Positions 25,331 through 35,790 of a stretch of 56,842 bases of DNA are shown in pieces. The translations under genes were made by a program, and so were the position numbers. Source of the stretch: Macrostomum lignano (lineage: Eukaryota); the NCBI GenBank assembly GCA_002269645.1, contig NIVC01002984.1, positions 1 through 56,842 on the forward strand, written 5' to 3'. Under the pieces are notes generated by a model, which was not told the origin of the DNA, ran no database searches, and saw nothing but the letters and a program-made list of their open reading frames with translations. Each line of letters begins with the position of its first letter. The first letter of the stretch is position 1.

Positions 25331-25852
25331 ATTTCTTTTTGCATTGCACTTCCTTTGAGTATTTTGTCTGTTTTCTTTGTGAAGGCTTTTTTTGGCTATC
25401 TTTTTGTTACTTGTAGAGAACAGAGGTTCTATACAGACGTCCCCCAACGGGGGGCGAAGATTGCTAGTCCTATATACTAAAAATGAGTTGTCTGTATGTG
25501 GGTATGTGGGTATGCGATAGATTTCAGAAAAATTGGCTCAACCGATTTTCTTCAAACTTGCACCATTCGATCAAGCAAAATTTTCGACTTGAAATGCATT
25601 GTAAGAATGCTAGAGAAAAACCTGACTGACTGAATTTCAATTCTGATAAAGATTGCATCACAACAAGTTGAAAACAGTGTCGAAGAAATGCACACACGAC
25701 TTGATTTAAATTGCGTAACCAATATTGCTAACTTGAACTGAGACTGATACTGGCTGACTGAGAAATTGATTATGTCATAACTTTTTACTCTAACTGACTT
25801 GCTATAAGAATTAAATTATAAGGGCAACAGTTCATGTTCTCCAATTGAAAAT

Positions 25853-25909
25853 AGATAGCCTAGATGCGAACAGACTGGACTGCTAATGTAGCGACCTAGG
25901 TTCGAATCT
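25853..25909 (+). ncRNA. tRNA-derived Pol III cassette in the H4 head
   Basis: Nearly identical to the 21041-21098 copy; T-run at 25926-25932. Confidence 0.6.
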
Positions 25910-25959
25910 TAGTAGTGCAAAATAATTTTTTTATCAAAACACCCTAAAACACAAAAAGC

Positions 25960-28225
25960 TAAACATAAAGGAAGCGCAATGTCAAACATTAAAGAGCCAA
26001 CCATCTAAAACATTAAAGAGCCACCATGTCAAACATATACATGACTCAATGTCAAACATATGCGTGACTCAATGTCAGACTTTAAAGAGCCACCATGTCG
26101 AACATTAAAGAGCCACCATGTCGAACATTAAAGAGCCTCCATGTCAAACAGATACATGACTCCATGTCAAACATATACATGACTCCATGTCAAACATTAA
26201 AGAGCCACCATGTCAAGCATTAAAGAGCCACCATGTCAAACATTAAAGAGCCACCATGTCGAACATTAGAGAGCCGCCATGTCAAACATATACATGACTC
26301 CATGTCAGACATTCAAGAGCCACCATGTCGAACATTAAAGAGCCACTATGTCGAACTTTAAAGAGCCACTATGTCAAACATTAAAGAATCACAATGTAAA
26401 ACATTAATGAGCCGGCATGTCAAACATCAAAGAGCCACCATGTCAAACATCAAAGAGCCACCATGTCAAACATATACATGACTCCATGTCGAACATTAAA
26501 GGGCCACCATGTCAAACATTAAAGAGCCACCATGTCAAACATAAAAGAGCTATCATGTCAAACATTAAAGAGCCATCATGTCAAACATAAAAGAGCCACC
26601 ATGTCAAACATAAAAGAGCCACCATGCCAAACATTAAAGAGCCACCATGTCAAACATATACGTGACTCAAACATGAAAAACCTGATGACAAACGTGGCGA
26701 ACATTAAAGAGCCACCATGTCGAACATAAAAGAGCCACCATGTCAAAAATTAAAGAGCCGCAATGTCAAACATTGAAGAGAAATCATGTCTAACATTAAA
26801 GAGCCACCATGTCTAACATTAGAGAGCCACCATGTCTAACATTAAAGAGCCACCATGTCAAGCATAAAAGAGCCACCATGTCGAACATAAAAGAACCACC
26901 ATGTCGAACAAAAAGAGCCACCATGTCCAACATATATGTGACTCCATGTCAAACATAAAAGAGCTACCATGAAGAACATTAAAGAGCCACCACGTAAAAC
27001 ATTAAAGAGCCATCATGTCGAACATTAAAGAGCCACCATGTCTAACATTAAAGAGCCACCATGTCGAACATTAAAGAGCCACCATGTCGAACATTAAAGA
27101 GCCGCCATGTCAAACATATACATGACTCCATGTCGAACATTAAAGGGCCACCATGTCAAACATTAAAGAGCCACCATGTCAAACATAAAAGAGCTATCAT
27201 GTCAAACATTAAAGAGCCATCATGTCAAACATAAAAAAGCCACCATGTCAAACATAAAAGAGCCACCATGCCAAACATTAAAGAGCCACCATGTCAAACA
27301 TATACGTGACTCAAACATGAAAAACCTGATGACAAACGTGGCGAACATTAAAGAGCCACCATGTCGAACATAAAAGAGCCACCATGTAAAACATATAGGT
27401 GACTCCATGTCAAATTTTAAAGAGCCACCATGTCAAACATTCAAGAGCCACCATGTCTAACATTAAAGAGCCACCATGTCAAGCATAAAAGAGCCACCAT
27501 GTCGAACATAAAAGAACCACCATGTCGAACATTAAAGAACCACCATGTCAAACATTAAAGAGCCACCATATCGAACATTAAAGAGCCACCAAGTCAAACA
27601 TTAAAAAGCTACCATGTCAAACATTCAAGAGGCATCATGTCAAACAGTAAAGAGCCACCAAGTCAAACATAAAAGAGCTACCATGTCAAACATAAAAGAG
27701 CCACCATGTCAAACATTCAAGAGCCACCATATCAAACATTCAAGAAACACCATGTCAAACATTAAAGAGCCACCATGTCGAACATAAAAGAGCCACCATG
27801 CCAAACATAAAGTAGCCACCTTGTCGAACATTAAAGAGCCACCATATCGAACATTAAAGAGCCACCGAGTCAAACATAAAAGAGCTACCATGTCAAACAA
27901 TAAAGACCTACCATGTCAAACATTAAAGAGCCACCATGTCAAACATAAAAGAGCCACCATGTCAAACATATATGTGACTCCATGTCAAACAGTTAAGAGC
28001 CACCATGTCAAACATAAAAGAGCCACCATGTCAAACATATATGTGACTCCATGTCAAACAGTAAAGAGCCACCATGTCAAGCATAAAAGAGCCACCATGT
28101 CGAACATAAAAGAACCACCATGTCAAACATAAAAGAGCCACTATGTCAAACAATAAACAGACACCATGTCAGACAATAAAAAAACCCGAATCAAACATTA
28201 AAGAGCCACCATGTCAAACATAAAA
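25960..28225 (+). repeat. 23-bp minisatellite, same family as in H3, ~98 monomers, 644-bp (28-mer) duplication
   Basis: Unique insert ACATGAAAAACCTGATGACAAACGTGGCG at ~26671 and ~27315. Confidence 0.97.
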
Positions 28226-28321
28226 TTTACAAAATTTCAAACGTAAAAGTAAGCGTCATACTAATTTTAAAGGAGCCACTATAGAGCTAAGGAAATTGTA
28301 GCACTAGCTACTTATTGTATG

Positions 28322-28470
28322 GTGGATGCTTACTATTTGGGGATGCTTGCTATCTGGGGGATGCTTGCCATCTGGGGGATGTTTGCAATCTGGGGGATGC
28401 TTGCTATCTGGGGGATGCTTGCAATCTGGGGGATGCTTGCTATCTGGGGGATGCTTGCTGTCTTGGGATG
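28322..28470 (+). repeat. 18-bp G-rich minisatellite, ~8 copies
   Basis: Same unit as 24878-25330. Confidence 0.95.
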
Positions 28471-28637
28471 ATTTCTTTTTGCATTACACTTTATTTGAGC
28501 AGTTTGTCTGTCGTCTTTGTGAAGGCTTTATTTGGCTGTCTTTTTGTTACTTGTAGAGAACAGAGATTCTATCCAGATGTCCCCCAACGGGGGGCGAAGA
28601 TTGCTAGTGTCTAACTATAACTTTGTTATATTCTAGG

Positions 28638-29360
28638 CAGTGGCATATGCAGACGGGGGGGGGCAAGGGGGCTGTGGCCATTCCAATTGCCTAAGGGGAG
28701 ATAACAGAGGTTAGTGGTATGGTATCCACCAGGCTGAGTATGACTTTCTATTGCTCTCCACTTTTTACTAGCCTAGGTGTACTTTAAAAAATCCTTTATT
28801 GTAGCAACCCCAAAAGGTCTTTTATTGTCATAACTCATTGATGGTGCCTCCTAATGGAAAATCCTGTATAATGTATACCACTATTCTAGGAATCTAGGAA
28901 TCATATCCTATTGGGTCCTATTAGCTTAGGTCTAATTATAAAAAAACTTATAGTCAGAGTCATTTTGGCTAGGCCCTAGCCTAAAACTTAAAAAATCAAA
29001 ATCATAGAAAATGTGAACAAAATATTTAAGACAAATTACAATTACAAGCAAGTTCAAACAGTTTTGAATTATTAAATAAGTATAATTGATTCGCTAAATT
29101 AGCTGATATATATGTGGAAAAATAGTTAGGGCTGGGTGGGAAGCATAGAAAAATGGCAACATAAAAAATTTCAGGGCATAGGGAGGGGTGGATAGGGGGG
29201 GGGTGTTACCCCCCAAAGAGCCTGACCAAAAATTTTGGTGCCCTTTGATGCTATACATGCTACCATGTGACTCTGTCATAGCACTTTTACCTAGGTGTAT
29301 CCCCCCATAAAAAATTCACCTTGGTGTATCCCCCGTAGGAAATTCCTGGCTACGCCCCTG
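28638..29360. mobile_element. Possible old MITE-like element with imperfect termini
   Basis: Left CAGTGGCATATGCAG vs reverse complement of right CAGGGGCGTAGCCAG (11/15 match); no TSD found. Confidence 0.35.
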
Positions 29361-31768
29361 CAAAATTTGTGCTCATGTCGAAAGGTCGGACTCTTTCTTC
29401 GTCTTCATCGTGCCGCTGTACCTACATGTACCAACAAGTATGACTAAAAGTAACGGCGCGTATACTTAACGTCTACTTAAGTAGTCCTTGACATGTACAT
29501 GCCGAGAGATCACACGTACCGAGATGCTGCCGGGGACGAAGCCTCTCTTCCGCGCTGCCGTGTAACATCGGAGCTGACTCGCGCCGGACATCGCCAGTGA
29601 CATAAGAAGGCTGCTGGCCTGGGACGCCTATGTTCGGTACTACACTCGGTACGTAGGCTTTGAATGACGGGATCAGGATGTTGAGACTGTTCTGGTCTAC
29701 AACGCTACATGAGATCGCCTGGACCCTGACGGGGATGCCCTGGAGAAGTAACTATATAGAACGCCGCGTACTCTGCGATGCTGCGCTCTGTGTTCGGTAT
29801 GCGCGCGCTGCGGCCCGCGGGCTTGGAGATTTGTATCTGTCACAGGGGTCAGATGCAAATACGAATTGCATGCAAAAAGCACATGCGTGTCATTTTTTTA
29901 GTCATTCAGTCAAACAATTTTTGAATTTTTAACACTTAACGAGCCTCGTACTTTGCTCTGTCGGTGCTCGCATTTGCTCAAAACGGAGGTTAGCAAAGCG
30001 CTCATTCTCAAACTCAGGTGCTGTGTGTTCACAAGTTTTCAGAAGGTGCATGGTCAAGCTGCATGCTCCCCGGTACTTCTACAGAACTGCCAATTCCGCC
30101 CTTTGACCAAAGATTTGGATGGAAGTGGGTATATATTTTGGTTGGGCGATCTCATTATTCCGATCGATTGCCAACGCGTTGCTGTTTAAACTTTCTTCGG
30201 CATGATGACGCTGCTGCTTGTTTGATGCTGGGCTTGGGCCAGTTGGATCGGCGACGTTGGCCGACGTTTCCGACATCTATCGACATCGCTGATTAATAAG
30301 TACTTTACGATCGATGTCCCAATGTTACAGATGTTTTTTGGCGCAACTACTGCATGCGATAAAACAGTTGCCACGTTTCAGGAAGACCTACAAAGTTTTG
30401 AATTCGATTTTAAGCAATTTTTCTTCGAAATGCGGACCGTCCCGCTTCCCTCAGCTCCCCCCCCCCGATGCTCCCCTCTAGGGACTTCTATAGTTGCACC
30501 AGTTCTATTTGCTTAGGTCGCCTTGGAACATTAATTGCAGTCTCTAACCACCAAAATTTTGATTAAAATTTTGTTACATACTATAGTTTATTACTATTAT
30601 TATTTTTATTAAACAGACGCCGTCACAGGGGTCAGCAAAGCACCCGCTGGTCAGAGCCAGCTACAGTCTCGCGATCAGTGCAAGTCAGAGTGGTGCAGCG
30701 AGAGGTACCGGCGGGAGTGTCCCACCGGGCGGGCTGAGCAGCAGGTGGGCGAGCGGGGCTCGGCGCCCCTTGGGTGGGCACGCAGGCAGTGGCCGATCAA
30801 CATCTGGTGTCGGCCCTGCAGGGTGCGCCCAGGGAGGCGGCACGCGGGCCCGAACCGCTAGCTCGGGATTGCTCAGGGAATTATTTAATAAGCTTGTATG
30901 CAGATTTTAAATGATCGAAAAAGCCTCACTCAATCAAAATTACGTTACCATTTGCATGCACCTACGTACTACATGTACCACCTTGCAAAGTTAAATGTTC
31001 TCAGAAAGTGTTGAAACCAGCAAATTCTGAGTCCGTCTAAGCGAATTAACAGCAGAGCAAAGATTACGCTCGTACGCCTACACAGGCTTAATTTGCTTTT
31101 AGAGACAAGAATGGAGACTGCTTCTGTCTAAAACGCTAGTCTAAAAGACTTACCTGAGAGGGCAAAAGCCTTGCAGTTAATTGGCAAGCCAGAGTTTCTT
31201 ATACTAAGGCAATTTTCCCATGGCACCTGCGGCATTTGATATAAATCTGCCCGTTCTCCCGAATAAAATGATAAAAGACGCTTCAGCCGTATTCAAACGC
31301 TTCAAAGAAGACGCGGATAAAGCAATTAACTTACCTGCGCTCAAGGAAATTTTAATCGAGATTTTTAGACGAGAACTTAGCTCAAAGGAAAGCGGCTAAA
31401 TTGAGAGAAAGCAGCATCTGAGGCCTCTTTGATTTTTTCAGTTTTAAGGGTGGCAAACGATTTGCATGGTTATCCCATCAACTGCATGAAAGAATCACAA
31501 AGCCAACGCGGAGACGGCAAAACGAAAACGACCTCAGATGAAAATTGGAAGCGAACGAGTCTATATAAAGCTGATGAAGCTTTGTCGAAGCGAACGTCGA
31601 TTACGTCAACCTGCCGAGTACCTCCTCTCAAGCTCTAATTGGTCAGGTTGGGTTTCGCATCTTTTATATAAATATTAAGGCCGAAGCGATGCCAAGAGAT
31701 TTAGCGACACGATGCTTCAACAATAGCTAGAGTAACCAACCGGATTTGATCGGATTCAAATCCAAGCA

Positions 31769-32761
31769 ATGAACGATTCTGACGCCTTGAAAGAGCTGCG
31801 CTCCGACAGCATCCAGTTGTACGAATGGAATCTACCGGCCAGCTATTCCCAGTTTTTTACAGCCGCTGGCTGCGCCCTGTGCAACTTTCTCGTCGCGCTA
31901 ACCTGCTTCGGATCGAAAGCATTGCGACGCCGCTCCTACTACATTGTCATGGCGAATTTGGCCATTGCAGACGCATGGATTGGCGCAGCCTACATGTACG
32001 TCACTGGCCGGCGTCTACGCGACCATTACGTCGGCCAGGGCAACCTGAGAACCGAGCTGCAATGCCTCACAGACATTGTGCCCATGACATTCGGTCTTGT
32101 AGCCTCAACGGTGTTCACCCTGGCGCTGTGCTGCGACAGGTGCACTGCTCTGCTCTGGCCCCAGAAGTACATCGTGTACTCGCATCGCTACAGAGCGTTG
32201 GTGATCCTGGTGGGTTGGCTGTACACCTGTGCCGACTCAGTGATAGCTCTGTCCCTATCTATCGACGAGCCGGACAATGTGACGCCGATGTGCACCAACT
32301 CCGGAGTCTACGGCAACGCTTACAACATTTGGCTGCTGGTATCGACCATCACCTACAGCTGCTTGGCCCTGGGGCTCAGCCTGGCCTGCCTGTTCCGCGT
32401 GCTGCACCAAATAAAGATCAGTGCGGAGATCGGCAGTCGAACTGGAGAGCTTCTCGAGAGCGCCGGCACCATCGCCATCATCGCCGGACTGCTCGTCCTG
32501 AACCAGGTAGCGTCTCGCATTGGTTATCTCTACCTGGCCCAGCTGCCTAAGCGTTACCGCTCGCGCTTCGGCAACTTCTTGCGCCTGCCCCAGATGCTCA
32601 GCTCCATGGTGAACCTGTTTGTATACCTGGCACGGTCCAGCATGTTCCGCCAGGAGTTCATGGCCCTGCTGCGAATGCGGACTCGCAGAGGACAATTGGG
32701 CGAACCTGATGAAGCCGGCGGCGCACGCGTAGGTCCCATCGATCCAGGGCGGAGGAGTTGA
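31769..32761 (+). CDS. Intronless class A (rhodopsin-like) 7TM GPCR, 330 aa, probably chemoreceptor-type/orphan
   Basis: Seven hydrophobic segments; TM1 N (ALCNF), TM2 NLAIAD, Cys at the start of TM3 and in ECL2, DRC for DRY, TM4 W, TM7 NLFVY, helix-8 FRQEF. Confidence 0.92.
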   Translation: MNDSDALKELRSDSIQLYEWNLPASYSQFFTAAGCALCNFLVALTCFGSKALRRRSYYIVMANLAIADAWIGAAYMYVTGRRLRDHYVGQGNLRTELQCLTDIVPMTFGLVASTVFTLALCCDRCTALLWPQKYIVYSHRYRALVILVGWLYTCADSVIALSLSIDEPDNVTPMCTNSGVYGNAYNIWLLVSTITYSCLALGLSLACLFRVLHQIKISAEIGSRTGELLESAGTIAIIAGLLVLNQVASRIGYLYLAQLPKRYRSRFGNFLRLPQMLSSMVNLFVYLARSSMFRQEFMALLRMRTRRGQLGEPDEAGGARVGPIDPGRRS

Positions 32762-33334
32762 AGTCTATAATAATCTAATCTAATACGAGCGTAGTTGTAT
32801 AATTTTGAAGAAAACTTTTAAATAAAAATTTACGCAATTAAATCTTCTTTTAAATATTAAAACTCGGACTAAATTACTCGTACGTAAAGCCATGCAGTTG
32901 GAGTTAAATGCAAAATGCATGGAGACTTGAAGTACTCTGAGGATATATCGTATGCTCGTATATATTCAAGCCAATAGAAATATCATATTTTTGCAAGCCC
33001 TTTAATAATCCGAGCACTCATTTAGTCATTTCCAGTGTCACTGGTGTCGCTTTGGCTACAAATAGACGCACACATTCAACATGGTTGTAGAAGAGGACGC
33101 CAGCAAGCTGAGCAGCGAGCTTTTAGGGTACGATGGGGAGAGCTTTGTCACCGCAGATGAAGCGCTACGAACAAGACCACGCAACACGATATGCATAGGT
33201 TTAGGTTAGGTTTAGGCATTTGCTCCGCTTCATTCCCCGCTGCATCACTGGTCAAGCAATTTTACAAAATACTACTGATACTTAGCTAATTTCAATGACT
33301 TTCCCGTAAGTGAGAGCGTAACATTTTAATCTGT

Positions 33335-33950
33335 CGACGTCGAAGTATTCCTCGAGTGCAGAAATCAGAGATGCTAATAATTATGCTAATCAATTAACAA
33401 AATCAACTCTATAACAATGACGAGGTCCTCCAGGAAGGGCGTCTTCTAGAAATAACGGTTACTCTGGAGTCACACATGTTTGACATGGTTGCGCTTTAAT
33501 GTTTGACATGGTGGCTCTTTAATGTTTGACATGGAGTCTGGCTCCTTAATGATCGACATGGTGACTCTGTATGTTTGACATGGTGGCTCTTTAATGTTTG
33601 ACATGGAGTCACGTATACGTTTGGATACCAAAATCAATCAAATCAATAACCTTCTAAGAGTATCGGAATCGGTCCGCAGATTCTATCCAATCCCTTAGGA
33701 ATAGGGAGGACTCAAGGTCAATTACTCAGTAAAATCAACTGATCAGCAATGGCCGGCAATAAAACCGCTCTCAATCATCACGAAGACTCGAACAAAGGCT
33801 TACCGAACAGTATCTACTTCTCTCAGAGATGTAGTCTCGTAGTTCTTGGGTGTTCTCAAGTCCTCTTGAGGCTGCTCCAAGTCTGAGGTTTTTCAGGCTC
33901 GCAGAGCGCTTGTATTTAGAGACAAATTTTTGCGAGATGTACAATAGTAA
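33335..33950 (-). repeat. Diverged direct repeat, copy 1 (of 35285-35790), interrupted by a satellite patch
   Basis: Shared blocks, e.g. GTATCGGAATCGGTCCGCAGAT at 33660 and 35495, CGAGGTCCTCCA, TTGAGGCTGCTCC.AGTCTGAGGTTT. Confidence 0.8.
33466..33625 (-). repeat. Isolated ~6-monomer patch of the H3/H4 23-bp minisatellite, inverted
   Basis: TTTGACATGGTGGCTCTTTAATG is the reverse complement of the monomer; absent from repeat copy 2. Confidence 0.93.
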
Positions 33951-35284
33951 CATGAATAATCTTTTCGCCATAAAAGGTAACACGATTCATCTTCTCGCTA
34001 TGAATAGTAACATGACTTATTTTTTTAGTTTTAATAGTAATATGATTTATTTCTTTGCTATAAATAGTAACATTATTCATACTTGACATTTTGGTGCGCA
34101 TATGTGGGCTGCTCTAGTCGCAGTAGCATTCTATGAATAAACCTCCACACTGTTTGTGCTTTACTCAGTAGTGTTCAGATGCGACACCAGTGATACTGGA
34201 AATGACTAAATGGGTGCTCGGATTACTAAACTAGTTGCTCCAAAGCGGTTTGGACCATACTGTACTGATAAATCAATCTTTTAGCGCTGGATTTTCCCAC
34301 TAATTATTTAATTGCCTGCTCGTAGTAATAAATGGCTTGCAAAAAGCCATAGTACAATAGTTTGTTTTACGTTTATATAGCGTCGTTATATCTGATAATG
34401 ATGTGAAAACCTACAAAATAATCATTTCCTGATAATTATTTTTCATTCTTAAAACCCAGCGATAGGAGACGTTCTCCAACGCAATTAATTCATAAAGACT
34501 AAACCGAACCGATGCTATATCGCGAATGCAATTAATACCTATCTATTCAGATTATTTCAACATCTGCTCAGACATGGCGATGTCAAATAACTTAATTAAG
34601 TTTCAGGAATACGCAAATAAAAGTCCGGTTCAAATTTCTGTCCCTAATATTATTCAGTTCTTCAGTCCCGGCCGTCTCAGATGCATGTGAACGAGAGCTG
34701 CGCGGCCTTACAGCCAAACCATCCTGTCGAGTAGGCCTGCGTGTCGCTCGAGCAATTATCAAACGAGCAGTTGCTTACCTTTTCCTCGTCGATTATTGGG
34801 AAATTCAAGGTGTGATGAGAGAGTGTCTAAACCACCAACCAACGTTTCCATGTTTCTTTGAGCATGACGAACGGTAACTATGATCCCAGTCGTAGGTGCT
34901 GAACTCTGAACCGTTTTCTTCATCCGACATAGTCCTAAATATACTACTGGCTGATTTCGGGCGCCCGACCAGCAACCGATAGTTTTCATCTGCGCCGCGC
35001 ACTTGAAAACTATTGTATATGATAACTGTGAAGAGTTGATTCGGGAGGTGATCAGTCTCCCGAAAACTCCCACTTCCAGACACTTAAGCCTGGGAACAAA
35101 ATTAACGTGTTCACTTACTGTGGCGGGCTCTTCTTCTGTGTCCGGCAGGTTCTCCGAGCTCGTTCCTTGTTTCTTCTTTGTTGCGCGCGTTTGTAGAGTT
35201 TGCTTCTTCCAATCTTCTTCTCCGGAGGAATCTTCTTGAAGTCTTCGAAGTCCAAAGTCGGCCTAGAGTGAGAGCAGAACAGTG

Positions 35285-35790
35285 AAGTCGACGTCGAAAT
35301 ATTTCCTCGAGTGCGGGATTCAGTACGTTTCTCGAGTGCCAAATCAGTACCAACAGTGCGCCCTAATAAACTCAAATTCTAACGCGAGGTCCTCCAAAGG
35401 GGGCGTCTTCTTCTAGATCTAACGGAATCGGAGTCGTGTGCTCCTATCGGTTAATCTAGGATAATCCAAATCAACAGTCAGTAATCCTCTAAGGGTATCG
35501 GAATCGGTCCGCAGATCCTATCCAATCCCTTAGGAAAATGGGAGGCCTCAAATAGTCTCAGTAAAGTCCACGGATCAGCAACGGCCGGCCAGCAATAAAA
35601 TCGCTCTCAATTAATCAAAATAACGAAGACTTGAACAACGCTTCTCAATTGATACGCTTCTCTCCCAGAGATATAGCTTCGATTAGTTGCTCTAACTAAC
35701 CACAAGATCTTTTGAGGCTGCTCCGAGTCTGAGGTTTCAGCTCGGATTTTACGCTTATATTTATAGTCGAAATTTTGGCATATACTTAGT
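35285..35790 (-). repeat. Diverged direct repeat, copy 2, with a TATA box at its minus-strand 5' end (LTR- or leader-like)
   Basis: Homology to 33335-33950; minus-strand TATAAATA (35758-35765) with CTCAGACT ~30 bp downstream. Confidence 0.75.

Larger units (their letters stand above)
20563..25467 (+). mobile_element. Non-autonomous Helitron-like element H3 carrying 23-bp and 18-bp minisatellites
   Basis: Starts TCCTATATACTAAAAATG immediately after H2's CTAG; ends CCCCC-AAC-GGGGG hairpin, then CTAG (25464-25467). Confidence 0.8.
25468..28607 (+). mobile_element. Non-autonomous Helitron-like element H4 (same family as H3, head with ~100 bp deletion)
   Basis: TCCTATATACTAAAAATG start directly after H3's CTAG; same linker, 18-bp repeat and tail as H3; hairpin 28581-28593, CTAG 28604-28607, then T. 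Confidence 0.8.
33001..34230. repeat. 50-bp inverted repeat pair (33001-33050 / 34181-34230), possible MITE or foldback remnant
   Basis: TTTAATAATCCGAGCACTCATTTAGTCATTTCCAGTGTCACTGGTGTCGC matches the reverse complement with 3 mismatches; similarity resumes at 32988-33000 vs ~34325-34345. Confidence 0.75.

Noticed and set aside
1-28225. CRISPR-like array
   Set aside because: Units are contiguous monomers without unique spacers; no cas genes; the sequence is eukaryotic.
1-28607. Autonomous Helitron RepHel gene
   Set aside because: No HUH Rep or PIF1 helicase motifs in any ORF in the window; the elements must be mobilised in trans.
21072-28614. ORFs in the 23-bp and 18-bp arrays (MSNIKEPP..., GDACYL...)
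   Set aside because: Translations of tandem repeats; no unique coding flanks or splice context.
29490-30420. Possible decayed coding region (e.g. LLAWDAYVRYYTRYVGFE)
   Set aside because: Several stops and no recognisable motif; cannot be supported without a search.
31825-32739. Overlapping ORFs of 241, 146 and 61 aa
   Set aside because: Shadow frames of the GC-rich GPCR coding sequence.
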